Virus record (IMG/VR): IMGVR_UViG_3300025640_000898
Span: 1 to 43,535 of that record
From: a virus
Lineage: Duplodnaviria; Caudoviricetes
DNA length: 43,535 nt
Strand: one strand, 5' to 3'
Position numbers and translations under genes: made by a program. Positions 25,181 to 34,935 of the stretch are shown piece after piece (position 1 is the first letter of the stretch; every line of letters starts with the position of its first letter). The notes under the pieces were generated by a model. The model did no database searches and was not told the origin of the DNA. It worked only from the letters and a program-made list of their open reading frames with translations.

Positions 25181-26326
25181 TTAAACGATAAGACCAAGTA
25201 ATACTCGATCGTCGATGATCATGCGACCCTCTTCAAGAGAGCCGTAATAACCAATCTTAGATTGACGTGTTACGAATTGGTCATCAGCGATAAGAGAAAA
25301 CTCTTCTCCTGACTCGGAATCGGTAGCTACTGCACGGATCATTGATTCGCGTGACAAGTCAACACCAACAATAGCTTGCTCAGTACCTTGAATTGCTCGA
25401 GCAGCACCGCCGTTTGCTTGAACCGAATAGTTGTCAGCAAATGTTGTTGCTCCAGCAGCTGTACCAAAAACAGTATTCCATTTTTGGCCTACGCCCATTT
25501 CATTATACTCTTGAATGGATACTCCGTAAAACTCGGGGATTCCAGCGCTATTAAAAACAGCGTCGCGCATAGTGTCTGTACCAGCGATACCGTCTCCAGC
25601 AGTTGGGGCTCCACCGGCTCCACCAATTGTATTAATTGGGTTATAAGCTAAACCGCGAATTTCTTCTACGATTTCAGGGGATACGAGTAAATCTGTAATT
25701 CCGCGACCACGGCGCTCAGCAGGCGTTCCACCGTTCCAAGAAGTGTTAATTCTCTTGGCTTTAGTAAAAAGCTTGTTTAAGTCCGAAAGAAGGAATCTTC
25801 CAGCTTGAGCGGAACGAATTACGTGCTGCTCGCTGTTAGTTGAAGCGTTTGCAAGTGCAGTCATGATCATGGTTGCAGAAGTCTTCTCTTGTTTAAGGAG
25901 GATTTCTTGAGCCATGCGTGTGAATGTTTTGCTTACAACATCAAGTCTTGAACGAGAAGCGTATCGCTTATCGAAACTCAAAGCGCTATCGAGAGTATAA
26001 GTTGTGAACTTAAGCTCGCTTTGCGAAGGAGCGACTTGGTTTGTAGGAAGTCCGCCAGGAACTGATTGACTCCAAACTTGAATATAATCTTCGTCAGTGA
26101 TATCGTGATAAAGGTCCAATGGAATACTTGGGCTTTCGTCAGAATTAAACTGAAGAGAAGAGAACATGTTGCTTACGGTAGGAGCGCTGTTTACGACCTC
26201 TGCCAAAACTGGACCGATAAATTCGGCTAATGCAGTTTGAGCCTCGTAAGAAACGTCTCTATTTTTCGAAGCCATAGCTTTTACAAGCTCGACTTGCTCG
26301 GGGGTTCTTTCTAAAGTAATTTTCAT
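25181..26326 (-). CDS. Major capsid protein (HK97 fold, probable)
   Basis: 381 aa. Last gene of the TerL-protease-decoration series, followed by a strong terminator. C-terminal KIGYYGSLEEGRMIIDDRVLLGLIV is typical of MCP ends. Confidence 0.8.
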   Translation of the reverse strand: MKITLERTPEQVELVKAMASKNRDVSYEAQTALAEFIGPVLAEVVNSAPTVSNMFSSLQFNSDESPSIPLDLYHDITDEDYIQVWSQSVPGGLPTNQVAPSQSELKFTTYTLDSALSFDKRYASRSRLDVVSKTFTRMAQEILLKQEKTSATMIMTALANASTNSEQHVIRSAQAGRFLLSDLNKLFTKAKRINTSWNGGTPAERRGRGITDLLVSPEIVEEIRGLAYNPINTIGGAGGAPTAGDGIAGTDTMRDAVFNSAGIPEFYGVSIQEYNEMGVGQKWNTVFGTAAGATTFADNYSVQANGGAARAIQGTEQAIVGVDLSRESMIRAVATDSESGEEFSLIADDQFVTRQSKIGYYGSLEEGRMIIDDRVLLGLIV

Positions 26327-26343
26327 TTTTAAATTTCCTTGTG

Positions 26344-26967
26344 TTAGAAGCTTATCTTGCAGAGATATTTTTTGCTGCTTGAGTCATCGCTTTCTTCTCC
26401 GATAGCGAGGACACTTCCAACAACAGTACCAGTAGTTGCTGTTTGAAGCTTTCCTGCTGTGGAAGAAACCTCAAGGTCGTCTCCTAAAGCTGGGGCACTT
26501 GCAAAAGCAGAGCCGCTCAAAAGAATTAACCCTTTAGTCAAAACAGGAACTGTTTGACCTGGAAGAACGCCTTGAGCTTCGTCTAGTTTTTGTTTGTATG
26601 ATATCATCTTTTCTCCGTTTTCGTCGAACGCCAAGGTTTCACGTAAAGTGATTCCAAGCGCACGTCCGGAGCCATCAGCTGGAGCTACGGTCATACCTGT
26701 ATTAGCGGGGTATCCGTTGAATCCAATATGAGCGCCACTAAAACTTGCACCTAAATAATCACGAAGATTATCTGGGGTAGTTGCGCGCAATTCGGAAACC
26801 TCACCAGGTAGAGCTCCCGCACTTACAGAAACAACAACGCCTGCATCAAAATCGCCTGTGCCGTTGGAAACGAAACTCGAAAGAGTTTTTCCAGTTACGT
26901 CAAGAGCGAATAAGTTAACAACATCGTGTTCACTGTAGTCTCGGTATGGTAGTATTCTTTTTGCCAT
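26344..26967 (-). CDS. Capsid decoration/cement protein (probable)
   Basis: Gly/Ala/Ser-rich beta protein between scaffold and MCP; ALGITL, VPVLTKG, VVGSVL. Confidence 0.65.
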   Translation of the reverse strand: MAKRILPYRDYSEHDVVNLFALDVTGKTLSSFVSNGTGDFDAGVVVSVSAGALPGEVSELRATTPDNLRDYLGASFSGAHIGFNGYPANTGMTVAPADGSGRALGITLRETLAFDENGEKMISYKQKLDEAQGVLPGQTVPVLTKGLILLSGSAFASAPALGDDLEVSSTAGKLQTATTGTVVGSVLAIGEESDDSSSKKYLCKISF

Positions 26968-26986
26968 AATTTTTTTCTTCTATATA

Positions 26987-28603
26987 TTAGTATGAAATTT
27001 TAACCGACTCCTTAAAAGTCTTGGCGAAACGATCGCGAAGGGAGGAGGGGGCTTCGGAAGAAGATTCGTTGTTATTAACAACAGCTGCATCTTCGACCTG
27101 TACGTTTTCTAAAGCATCTTCGACTTCGTCAGAAGAGTCTTGTTCTTCTGTTTCAGAAGCTTCTGCAACTTGTGCGGTTTCTTCTGAAGAGCCTTCAGTT
27201 TGGGAAGCTTCAAGAGTTTCGAGTCTCTTAGAGACTTCTTGAGCCACTCTTTCCTCGAAAGCTTTTTGCTCTGCAGCGATAAAATCTTTATTTTTATGCT
27301 TCCAAACCTTGGAAAGTTTTTCTTGATAAGAAGCAAATCCTTCTTCTGATTCATCAACTTGAGCGAGTTCTGAAGCTAAAATCTTAAGATCTTCATCATC
27401 AAGATCGTACACTTCGCTAAGAGCTTCCATTCTAGAATTAAATCTAACCTCAGCTTCTCGCGAGGAATTTTCTTGCTCTAAAGCAATAAGTTTATCTTTC
27501 GTTGATTTTAATTGCTCTTCCACTTCAAGCATTTTTTCTTGAAGAGAAGCTTGAGCTTGAGAAGCTTCTTCTTTTTCAGCCTTGGCTTTTTCTAGATCCG
27601 CAATATACTGTTCGCTTTTTTCTTTTATTGCGTCACTAAAAACCTTAGAAATGCTAGCGACAGTTTCTTCTGAGAAATCTTGCTTGCCAAGCTTTTCGTC
27701 TAAAGCTGCTCGGAATTCGTTGATAATTTGTTTTGTATCCATAATTAAATTTTTATGTTGTTCTTTGTTTAGTACATCTTGTTTTTTCGATTGGGAAGTT
27801 TTTTTGCTTTTAATAATTATTTTGTCGATCGGTTGGTTGCGGCTAGGCTTATCAGCTTGAACCTGCCCGCTCTCGGCGACAAGCCCTTTTACGTCTGCAG
27901 CTGGATTCGATGTAAAACCTATTCCAAGCGGATATATATCTCCAACAATTAATCGGTTAACTTTCCGCCCGTCTTGTAATTGCCCTTTTCCTCCCGAAGA
28001 CTTTAGATACGGAGCGTAAGCTTTTATTTCTTCCGGGTCGGATATAATACTAGAGTCCAGTAAGTCATCTCCACCGACACTAACAACATACTCATTAAAG
28101 CCAACCTCCCAGCTTGCGGATACAGTCTGAAAGAAATCGCTTTCTTGATCCGTGGAATTAACGACCAACTCAGCAAACTCTTTGCTTGCGGTTTTGTATA
28201 CAACTGCAGCGAGCGCTATATTAAAAGGCTCATCCTTAATTAAAGCCGCCTCTTCGCTGATTAATTCGGAGTATTGACTATACTCAGAAAACCCAGCAGA
28301 AACTATATGCCCAACAATTCTATCCCTGTCGTGTTCAATGTTTGTCGGTTTATGTACAAAATAATCTTTAACAGCTACAGCTGTTTCACTATCTATACCG
28401 TCCCCGTTTTTATTGAATTTATTTACTACCGCAGCATTAAACGCCACAGCAAGCAAATCTATATTCTTATCTAAATTTATATCAGAAGGAATCAATGGGC
28501 GAAGAGACTCTATAGAAGCTTTGCTAATTTGCGATTCTTGCATTTGACTGGATGCGCAAATAACATTATCGAACTTTGTTGTATACTTATAAGGTAAAGA
28601 CAT
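26987..28603 (-). CDS. Prohead protease-scaffold fusion
   Basis: N-terminal NKNGD..KPTNIEHD..IVGHI..SASWEV..GIGFTSNPA protease-like domain; long acidic coiled-coil C-terminus; upstream of decoration protein and MCP. Confidence 0.75.
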   Translation of the reverse strand: MSLPYKYTTKFDNVICASSQMQESQISKASIESLRPLIPSDINLDKNIDLLAVAFNAAVVNKFNKNGDGIDSETAVAVKDYFVHKPTNIEHDRDRIVGHIVSAGFSEYSQYSELISEEAALIKDEPFNIALAAVVYKTASKEFAELVVNSTDQESDFFQTVSASWEVGFNEYVVSVGGDDLLDSSIISDPEEIKAYAPYLKSSGGKGQLQDGRKVNRLIVGDIYPLGIGFTSNPAADVKGLVAESGQVQADKPSRNQPIDKIIIKSKKTSQSKKQDVLNKEQHKNLIMDTKQIINEFRAALDEKLGKQDFSEETVASISKVFSDAIKEKSEQYIADLEKAKAEKEEASQAQASLQEKMLEVEEQLKSTKDKLIALEQENSSREAEVRFNSRMEALSEVYDLDDEDLKILASELAQVDESEEGFASYQEKLSKVWKHKNKDFIAAEQKAFEERVAQEVSKRLETLEASQTEGSSEETAQVAEASETEEQDSSDEVEDALENVQVEDAAVVNNNESSSEAPSSLRDRFAKTFKESVKISY

Positions 28604-28618
28604 TTCAGTTTAATACAC

Positions 28619-30490
28619 TCACTTTATAAACATGGGAGTAAAGGTCGCAGAGACTGTCTCTATTTTTGAATCCATCATATCATAATAAAGTTTAACCATC
28701 CAATTTCCAAGAACCAATGCGGAATAACTATCTTTCCTCGCTTTCTCTGGCCCAGTTTGGCGCCTCAAGCTCGAAGGCAAGTCAAAACTTTGAGTGCCTG
28801 CGGAGGATGTTGTTATCTGAACCAAAGAGCATTGCGTTTTCACCAAATTCATCATGTCAAATTGGTGCTCAACAAAGTCTATCATTTTCGCGGAATTAGT
28901 TTGCCTCTCTTGTGATTGAGAGGTTTTTAAAAATTCGATTTTATCTATCGGTATTTTTTTTCTTCTTTGCTCGTTGTACGAATCATCAATAGCTCGAGAA
29001 CCAAACAGTATTCTTCTGTGATCAAAGTTCGACTGCAGAAGTTCATTTGCTCGACGGATCCACTGGCTAGTAGGCTTTCTTAAGTAACAAATAGTTTTAT
29101 TTTCTAAATTATATTCGCGCTTACCTTCTATTAATTTTTGTTGATAATTTTCTATGTCATCAAAGTTTGTATTTAAGCATTGTATATTTAGTTTATTCTT
29201 CTTAAACAAGCTGCTTTCATTTGCAGCATTAATAAACTGAACTCCTCCATTATAATCTCCTACAATAGATACAATATTAAAGTGATTTAATAAATAATAA
29301 AAATAATTTATATGTTGTCTTAAATTTGCACCAGCCAAAGCGTAGCTATGAACTACGACTCCAATCTTTTTTTCTTCGTTTAGTTTTATAACCATCATGG
29401 CAAAATCATCGCTGCTTTCACTTTCCGCCCAGCTAGGATCAAAAGCGAGAATATATTTATCTCCAGGACTGCCAACTATTTCCGTGCATGGGTTTTCTCC
29501 GTCCTTTAATGTGCATGCTGCCATTTTAGAGGTCTTAAAATATCCAGAACTATCATCAGTAAATATCGCTCCAAACTCCCTATCGAACTGACTCTGACTC
29601 ATGGTTGACTTTGCTTGACTAATTAAATTTTGATCGTATAGCTGCCGGGGAGCACAGTCATAGCTGAACTGCATGATGGTTCTGTGAGCGTCCGACTGCT
29701 TGTTTCCCCCAATCTGAATTAAATTTTCAAACTGCTCATAGGCTTTATACATATATTCAAATTTATAACTAGCAGAAGAAAGAGCTATAAGTTTATTATT
29801 TGGCCAAATATGCCGATCGCTCTCCTGAAGCTTTCCTTGTCTGATTAATTCAGTTTCTACATTATAAATATCTTCTCTTTGAGTTGGGTTTTCTACAACA
29901 CTCAAAAACGGTATTATAACTTCATTATAAATTCGCTCGGGCATTAATGCAAATTCGTCAATAATTATCCTGTGAAAACGAAAGCCCCGAAGCTTTTCTC
30001 CGTCCCCCAAGGGCAGGGCTCGAATTCTTGAGCTGCCAATCTCAAGAAGCCACTCGTCATTACTTTTTGATTTATGAGTTATACATTGAGAAAGATACAT
30101 TGCCTCAGGCTTTGAAGCGATATCTTCTATTTTTTTAAATATCATTTTGGCCTGACGAAAAGACTTTGAAAGTATGCCGATTTCTACGCCCTGGTTCATT
30201 ATTGCTTCTAGATATGCGTATATAGCAGTAGTAAAAGACTTACTCATTCCCCGACTCCACACTCCCATGAAATAATCGGTTTCAAACATGGCTTTTATGG
30301 CCATATGTTGAAAAGGAAACAGCTTCACTCCTGAAATTAAATCCGTAGTAAAGGTTATATTTTCTCTTAAGAATTTATAGAGTAGTATTTTAGCTTCTCT
30401 TTCTTCAAGATACCCCTTCATCTCTAAAAGCTTTTCGTTAAAGTCTCTGTCGGGACTTCTTGATTCTTGGTTGCCTACCTCCCAGCTCAT
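28619..30490 (-). CDS. terL: Terminase large subunit
   Basis: LFPFQ, SRGMSKS (Walker A), LRGFRFHRIIIDEF (Walker B), LSSA, FDREFGAIF, nuclease ILAFDPS..SDDFA, RKDSYSAL. Confidence 0.9.
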   Translation of the reverse strand: MSWEVGNQESRSPDRDFNEKLLEMKGYLEEREAKILLYKFLRENITFTTDLISGVKLFPFQHMAIKAMFETDYFMGVWSRGMSKSFTTAIYAYLEAIMNQGVEIGILSKSFRQAKMIFKKIEDIASKPEAMYLSQCITHKSKSNDEWLLEIGSSRIRALPLGDGEKLRGFRFHRIIIDEFALMPERIYNEVIIPFLSVVENPTQREDIYNVETELIRQGKLQESDRHIWPNNKLIALSSASYKFEYMYKAYEQFENLIQIGGNKQSDAHRTIMQFSYDCAPRQLYDQNLISQAKSTMSQSQFDREFGAIFTDDSSGYFKTSKMAACTLKDGENPCTEIVGSPGDKYILAFDPSWAESESSDDFAMMVIKLNEEKKIGVVVHSYALAGANLRQHINYFYYLLNHFNIVSIVGDYNGGVQFINAANESSLFKKNKLNIQCLNTNFDDIENYQQKLIEGKREYNLENKTICYLRKPTSQWIRRANELLQSNFDHRRILFGSRAIDDSYNEQRRKKIPIDKIEFLKTSQSQERQTNSAKMIDFVEHQFDMMNLVKTQCSLVQITTSSAGTQSFDLPSSLRRQTGPEKARKDSYSALVLGNWMVKLYYDMMDSKIETVSATFTPMFIK

Positions 30491-31425
30491 TATATTAACC
30501 CTTTGTCTATATAATATTGAAGGTCAACGTTCCACAGTTTCTTTCCAAGCTTCAATAATTTAGGTATAAACTCTTCTGATTTTTCTCTACTGCCGGTAAA
30601 TATAAACTGACAGTTTCCCGAGAATTGATGATTTAGCACTCTCATGTTATGATAAATGTATTTTAAATTAGATTTGTGTGCCCCGCGCCTATTGTTGGAT
30701 TCTATTTGCGCTAAGTCGCTTTCTACAGCTACGAATAAATAACTATCAAAATCTTTTGTTCTCTGAAGTTCATACTCAAAGCGATCTAAGTTGTTTTTGC
30801 TGAGTGTGGATTTAAAATCCTGCTCTCCCTTTCGGTCCACATAGGTATAATCATAATCCGCCCCGCCCACAGCGTAATCTCCAAATTCTAGCTTCATAGG
30901 TTCCGAGTTGGGGAAAGTTAGAGGCTGCTGCTCTCTAGTGTCTACAAATATTTTCATTTTCGGGTCTATTTTCTGCTTGAATGATTCCGGCAATCTTTCG
31001 CCAAACATAGGCTTTATTCCTATAGCGTCGCAAGCAGCAGTATAAGACCCATAGTGTTTTTGAAAAACATCTATAGTGGGCATGTGATTAATCATTAATT
31101 CAACATGTGAAGGGGCAAACTTTAAACCTTTAGCGGCGACTCTTTTTTTTAATAAATTAATTATATATTCTTTTACCTCTGATGGTTCTGTTTTCTCGCA
31201 CCAACTTATCAATTGTTCATATGTAGAAAAGTCTCTGTTAAAATAATCATCCTTATTCTTAAATGGCAAGGGTTCTTTAGTAAATAAATTATAACGAGGA
31301 TAATATTTTGTATAATATTCTGCAAGTATTATTTTATGAGATTTTAAATGAGCATGCATACTCTTCTCCGAGGAGAAGGGTTGCGAGCAAACCTTACAAA
31401 TAAATTCGCCTTTTGGTGCGCTCAT
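30490..31425 (-). CDS. C2H2 zinc finger + ERCC4/XPF-like nuclease
   Basis: CKVC..HLKSH; IFVDTREQQPL, LEFGDY, VDRKGEQDF (ERK-like), FVAVES. Confidence 0.75.
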   Translation of the reverse strand: MSAPKGEFICKVCSQPFSSEKSMHAHLKSHKIILAEYYTKYYPRYNLFTKEPLPFKNKDDYFNRDFSTYEQLISWCEKTEPSEVKEYIINLLKKRVAAKGLKFAPSHVELMINHMPTIDVFQKHYGSYTAACDAIGIKPMFGERLPESFKQKIDPKMKIFVDTREQQPLTFPNSEPMKLEFGDYAVGGADYDYTYVDRKGEQDFKSTLSKNNLDRFEYELQRTKDFDSYLFVAVESDLAQIESNNRRGAHKSNLKYIYHNMRVLNHQFSGNCQFIFTGSREKSEEFIPKLLKLGKKLWNVDLQYYIDKGLI

Positions 31426-32474
31426 ACGACATCGTCTTTAGATACCCCAAGAACCCTAGCCTTCCAGTCGGGCATAGATTCAAGATTGTCAGCCTCTTCC
31501 TTGGCGGCTTTTCTTTGCATGTTTGCTATTTTTATCATCACCTTACGTTCTTCCTCTTCTTGGAATAGTTGAACCAAAGCTAGTATGCTAGAATTTTGCT
31601 TTTGCTGGGATGACACTCTTTTTGACCTATCCCCTTGTAATTTTTGAATTAAAGACTCCATCCTTTTTTCGCACTGGTTATACTCTTCGCTCTTTGTCTT
31701 CAAAAGCTCTGCCAGCCTGACGGTTAGATCTTGCTGGTCTTCTGCGTCATTGAACATTCTATTCAACTTGCTCATAGCTCCTTGGATGTTTTTTAAATGA
31801 ATATAATCCATGCAAACATTAATATATAAATTAATTTCATCATTACTCAAATCAGGTTTATCCCAGGTAGCTCTTACGAATTCTGCCTCGAATAAATCTC
31901 GATCCTCCATGCTGTCATAATTATTTATAACTTGAGTAAATCGAGGAGAAGATAAAAAAGCCCCTAATGATTCGATAGCTTTTTTTTGCCCTATATTTAA
32001 CTTTGCCTCTTCAATATTTTTCTGACAGTAGTCGTTGATTTTTTTGATTATTTTGCTTACGGCTTTTGGGGCAGAATATTTTCTATTTACAGCGTTTTCG
32101 GAAGGGTGTAAATCTAGCGAATCCTGGCTTTCAATATACTCCAAAACAGAAGAGTACTCTTTTGAGTTTCGGGTAATCCGTATTTCTGGAAATAATACAG
32201 TAGCGATTTGTAATGCGTTCATACCGTCCCGAGAAGAGTTAGAAATAAACTCTCGCTGAGAATCTGATAATTGTATATTGTCTTTCGGGTATATATGTTT
32301 TGTGTCGTAATTAATTCCCTGCTGGACCATAAATGCCCTAACGGCTCTCCCCTGCTTACTTCTTCCGTCTATATTTTCTTCTCCAGGAAAAGCTAATTTA
32401 GTTAACTCAGTTAAGTCGCTTATTGTTGAACCGTTCTCTGAGACAATTCTTTCTTGTTCTTCTGTTAAATCCAT
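31422..32474 (-). CDS. Hypothetical protein with HTH-like repeats and coiled coil (possible terminase small subunit-like)
   Basis: Two LT/SxxQ..I helical modules and a long C-terminal coiled coil. Translationally coupled operon upstream of terL. Confidence 0.45.
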   Translation of the reverse strand: MDLTEEQERIVSENGSTISDLTELTKLAFPGEENIDGRSKQGRAVRAFMVQQGINYDTKHIYPKDNIQLSDSQREFISNSSRDGMNALQIATVLFPEIRITRNSKEYSSVLEYIESQDSLDLHPSENAVNRKYSAPKAVSKIIKKINDYCQKNIEEAKLNIGQKKAIESLGAFLSSPRFTQVINNYDSMEDRDLFEAEFVRATWDKPDLSNDEINLYINVCMDYIHLKNIQGAMSKLNRMFNDAEDQQDLTVRLAELLKTKSEEYNQCEKRMESLIQKLQGDRSKRVSSQQKQNSSILALVQLFQEEEERKVMIKIANMQRKAAKEEADNLESMPDWKARVLGVSKDDVV

Positions 32475-33208
32475 GCTATAACTTTTGTATCGGGAATTAC
32501 ATCTTCTTTTTCTAAAATTTCTTGAGCTTTTTGCTTGAATATCTTCTTTAAATTTTTAATTTGTTTGTAGCCAGCCTTACGCCCCTTCTCGGAAGTCTTG
32601 TAGCCCATTTTTCCAGCTACCTCTTCTTCATCCATATTATCTATAAATAATAATTCGTAAACTAAATACTGCTTCTCAGACAGCTCTTTCTTCATGAAAT
32701 AGTTGAGTTTTTTCTGAGCATCGATAATGCTATAATTATTATCCTCCATAGCTTGAACTTCATTAGAATGGTTTTCGAGGGTTAGTGCCATTTTGATTCC
32801 GTAGGCAGACTTCTTTGTTCTCTCCCATTTGGCATATAATGGGCAGGAAGAGTCTTGCGAACCGCTTTTGGTGAACCCGCACAACGAAGACTCGCCTCCA
32901 TCTTTGGTTGCGCAAGACTGGTTAAACGGGCAATTCAAACAGGGCCGAACAAAATTACTGTAATTATTGCGCAAAATATTCTTCATTTGGTTAGTTATTA
33001 TTTTATTCATCCAGGGCTTTAGAGACCTTCTTTGGTCCCATTGGTGCCATTTTTTATGAATATGCGCCCTAATGATTTGCTCAACATCCTCAAAATCAAA
33101 CCAGGCCAATGAATCAAGAAACCACTTGCCTCTTCTCTTTTTTATTTCCAAATCAATTTCCAAAGATTTGTCCTCGTAAGTAAAGTTAGTTTTTTCTTGG
33201 TCGGCCAC
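32465..33208 (-). CDS. Phage sigma70/ECF-like RNA polymerase sigma factor with Cys-rich insert
   Basis: Region-2-like FEDVEQIIRAHIHKKWHQWDQRRSLKPWMNKIITNQMKNILR; region-4-like LSEKQYLVYELLFIDNMDEEEVAGKMG; CLNC..C..C..C between them. Confidence 0.75.
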   Translation of the reverse strand: MADQEKTNFTYEDKSLEIDLEIKKRRGKWFLDSLAWFDFEDVEQIIRAHIHKKWHQWDQRRSLKPWMNKIITNQMKNILRNNYSNFVRPCLNCPFNQSCATKDGGESSLCGFTKSGSQDSSCPLYAKWERTKKSAYGIKMALTLENHSNEVQAMEDNNYSIIDAQKKLNYFMKKELSEKQYLVYELLFIDNMDEEEVAGKMGYKTSEKGRKAGYKQIKNLKKIFKQKAQEILEKEDVIPDTKVIAWI

Positions 33209-33566
33209 GAGTTTTTTTGTTCTTGGCTTTGGGTTTTTCTTCCTTGAAGTCTTGAAATTGCTCCACAGGAATAATGTCCTTTAAGTTAAATTTATTACTA
33301 TCTCTTTCTATTGAATAAGACAGTTTCGATATATTCGGAACCTCATATATATCCAGTCCATCAGGATCATCATCCTGAGAGGGAGCGGGCCTGCTTCGTT
33401 TAGGCAACAACTTTTTTACGCCCTGCTTAGCGCTGGTTGTTGTAGGCGACGTTTGTTTTGCTGCAGACAATATATTTAAACCTTCACCGCAGCCACCGCA
33501 AAAATTCGGAGCCTTGAGGGAGTACATATTTTTAAAACCACAATGGGGACAATAAGAAAAAGCCAT
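33186..33566 (-). CDS. Zinc-ribbon protein
   Basis: YCPHCG..PNFCGGCG at the N-terminus. Confidence 0.75.
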   Translation of the reverse strand: MAFSYCPHCGFKNMYSLKAPNFCGGCGEGLNILSAAKQTSPTTTSAKQGVKKLLPKRSRPAPSQDDDPDGLDIYEVPNISKLSYSIERDSNKFNLKDIIPVEQFQDFKEEKPKAKNKKTRGRPRKN

Positions 33567-33593
33567 AATAATATATTATAGCTTTAAAAAAAA

Positions 33594-34184
33594 TTATATC
33601 AAATAGCCGCTAATAACCCTTGATTGCTTCCTTATGAAATCTTCGGAGTCTTCGCTCCATTTTCTATTCTCTTTTACATATTCAACACAAATCACGCCAA
33701 TAATCTTACCATTCAGTGTTTTGATTGGTCGAGCAAACATGCTTTTAACCCCTTTGCTTATAAGGAAAGATCTAAAAGAAAAATCGCCCTTGTAGCTTTC
33801 GACATCAGCGCACTCGAATGTTTTTTCTTGAGCTATTTGCTCTACTAATCCATGTAAATTGGAAATTCTTAAGTTCTGCAGGTTTTGGCATTCAATGCTT
33901 ATTCCATCTCCCACGATCTCATATGTGCAGCTAAGTTTTTGCTGACCCCTGCCAGAGAAATATTGCTCTCCATTATGGAACTCTAGTATATAAGCCCGAT
34001 CAGCAGAAGTCTCGTCAGCAACATATTGCAGGGCGGTAATTATATTACTGTGAGAGGCGGGGTCATAATTTAATTGTTTATGTTTTTTTTCGTCAAGTTT
34101 AAACTTTATCCAGACTCCCAATACCGCAGTTGCAGCAGAGACGAGTCCAGTAAGCACGCTAATTACATCTAGTCCAGTATTCAT
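33594..34184 (-). CDS. Membrane-anchored GAF-domain protein (T4 holin T-like architecture)
   Basis: N-terminal TM; ADRAYILEFHNG, GVKSMFARPIKTLNGKIIGVICVEY..WSE GAF signature. Confidence 0.65.
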   Translation of the reverse strand: MNTGLDVISVLTGLVSAATAVLGVWIKFKLDEKKHKQLNYDPASHSNIITALQYVADETSADRAYILEFHNGEQYFSGRGQQKLSCTYEIVGDGISIECQNLQNLRISNLHGLVEQIAQEKTFECADVESYKGDFSFRSFLISKGVKSMFARPIKTLNGKIIGVICVEYVKENRKWSEDSEDFIRKQSRVISGYLI

Positions 34185-34447
34185 TTCTTATTAATAATAT
34201 ACGCTAAAACTGAAGAAAACAGAAATACAAAAAACAAAATAACAGAAAACCACATAGCTGGCCCTTCATAATCGTAAGGTGCAGATTTTAGATCCAGGTA
34301 TTCGACTACAGAAATCATCGAATCGTTATTCTTGTCTATATTGTTAAATTCAGAAGAAATGACGGGTTTAGGCGTAGGGTTTGGCTTATAAACCTTATTA
34401 ACGCTACAAGAGCACAGCAAAAACACGAGAAAAAACAGCCACCTCAT
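34181..34447 (-). CDS. Small lipoprotein with EF-hand and C-terminal TM (u-spanin-like topology)
   Basis: MRWLFFLVFLLCSC lipobox-like signal; DKNNDSMISVVE EF-hand loop; C-terminal TM followed by NKK. Confidence 0.55.
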   Translation of the reverse strand: MRWLFFLVFLLCSCSVNKVYKPNPTPKPVISSEFNNIDKNNDSMISVVEYLDLKSAPYDYEGPAMWFSVILFFVFLFSSVLAYIINKK

Positions 34448-34878
34448 CTTCTTTTACTTGGTATAGCGTAAAAACCGACAACCATAAAGCATAGATCCAT
34501 AAACGAGGCGAGCATTAACCCTCCTGTCATTTGAACCATCTCCCAATCTTTTCCCCCAAGCACCCAACCAAAAAAGCCCCACTTCGCCCCATCACCCTTC
34601 GGAACAATAACATTATATACTATGTGAGGATTCATTGCGTAATATATCATCAAAAAACACATTGTAAAAGTGATACTCATAAACAAAATTCTCCTCGTTA
34701 CCTTCACAAAAGGATCGCTCGAGTTTTTATCCTGACCGTCAATCAATGCTTGTAGCATTTTATCGTCCCTTGCTGCCAGTGCCAACTGATCTTGTCTTTT
34801 CTGCTCCAACCAAGAATTTATTAGGTTGCACGCAAGCTTTATTCCAGCCCCAATTATTGTATTCAATATCGGTCCCAT
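34444..34878 (-). CDS. Putative holin (3TM-type) membrane protein
   Basis: N-terminal amphipathic helix, DPFVKVTRR followed by a TM, final TM ending GFY..SKRR; GTGTA motif upstream. Confidence 0.5.
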   Translation of the reverse strand: MGPILNTIIGAGIKLACNLINSWLEQKRQDQLALAARDDKMLQALIDGQDKNSSDPFVKVTRRILFMSITFTMCFLMIYYAMNPHIVYNVIVPKGDGAKWGFFGWVLGGKDWEMVQMTGGLMLASFMDLCFMVVGFYAIPSKRR

Positions 34879-34887
34879 GCCTATATA

Positions 34888-34925
34888 TACACCCGTTAAA
34901 TTTTAAAAATGCTTATTTCAGTGTA
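34888..34925. promoter_or_regulatory. Back-to-back divergent GTGTA promoters
   Basis: TACAC 34888-92 (minus, 9 nt to ATG 34878) and GTGTA 34921-25 (plus, 10 nt to ATG 34936). Confidence 0.65.
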
Positions 34926-34935
34926 ATATAAGTTA

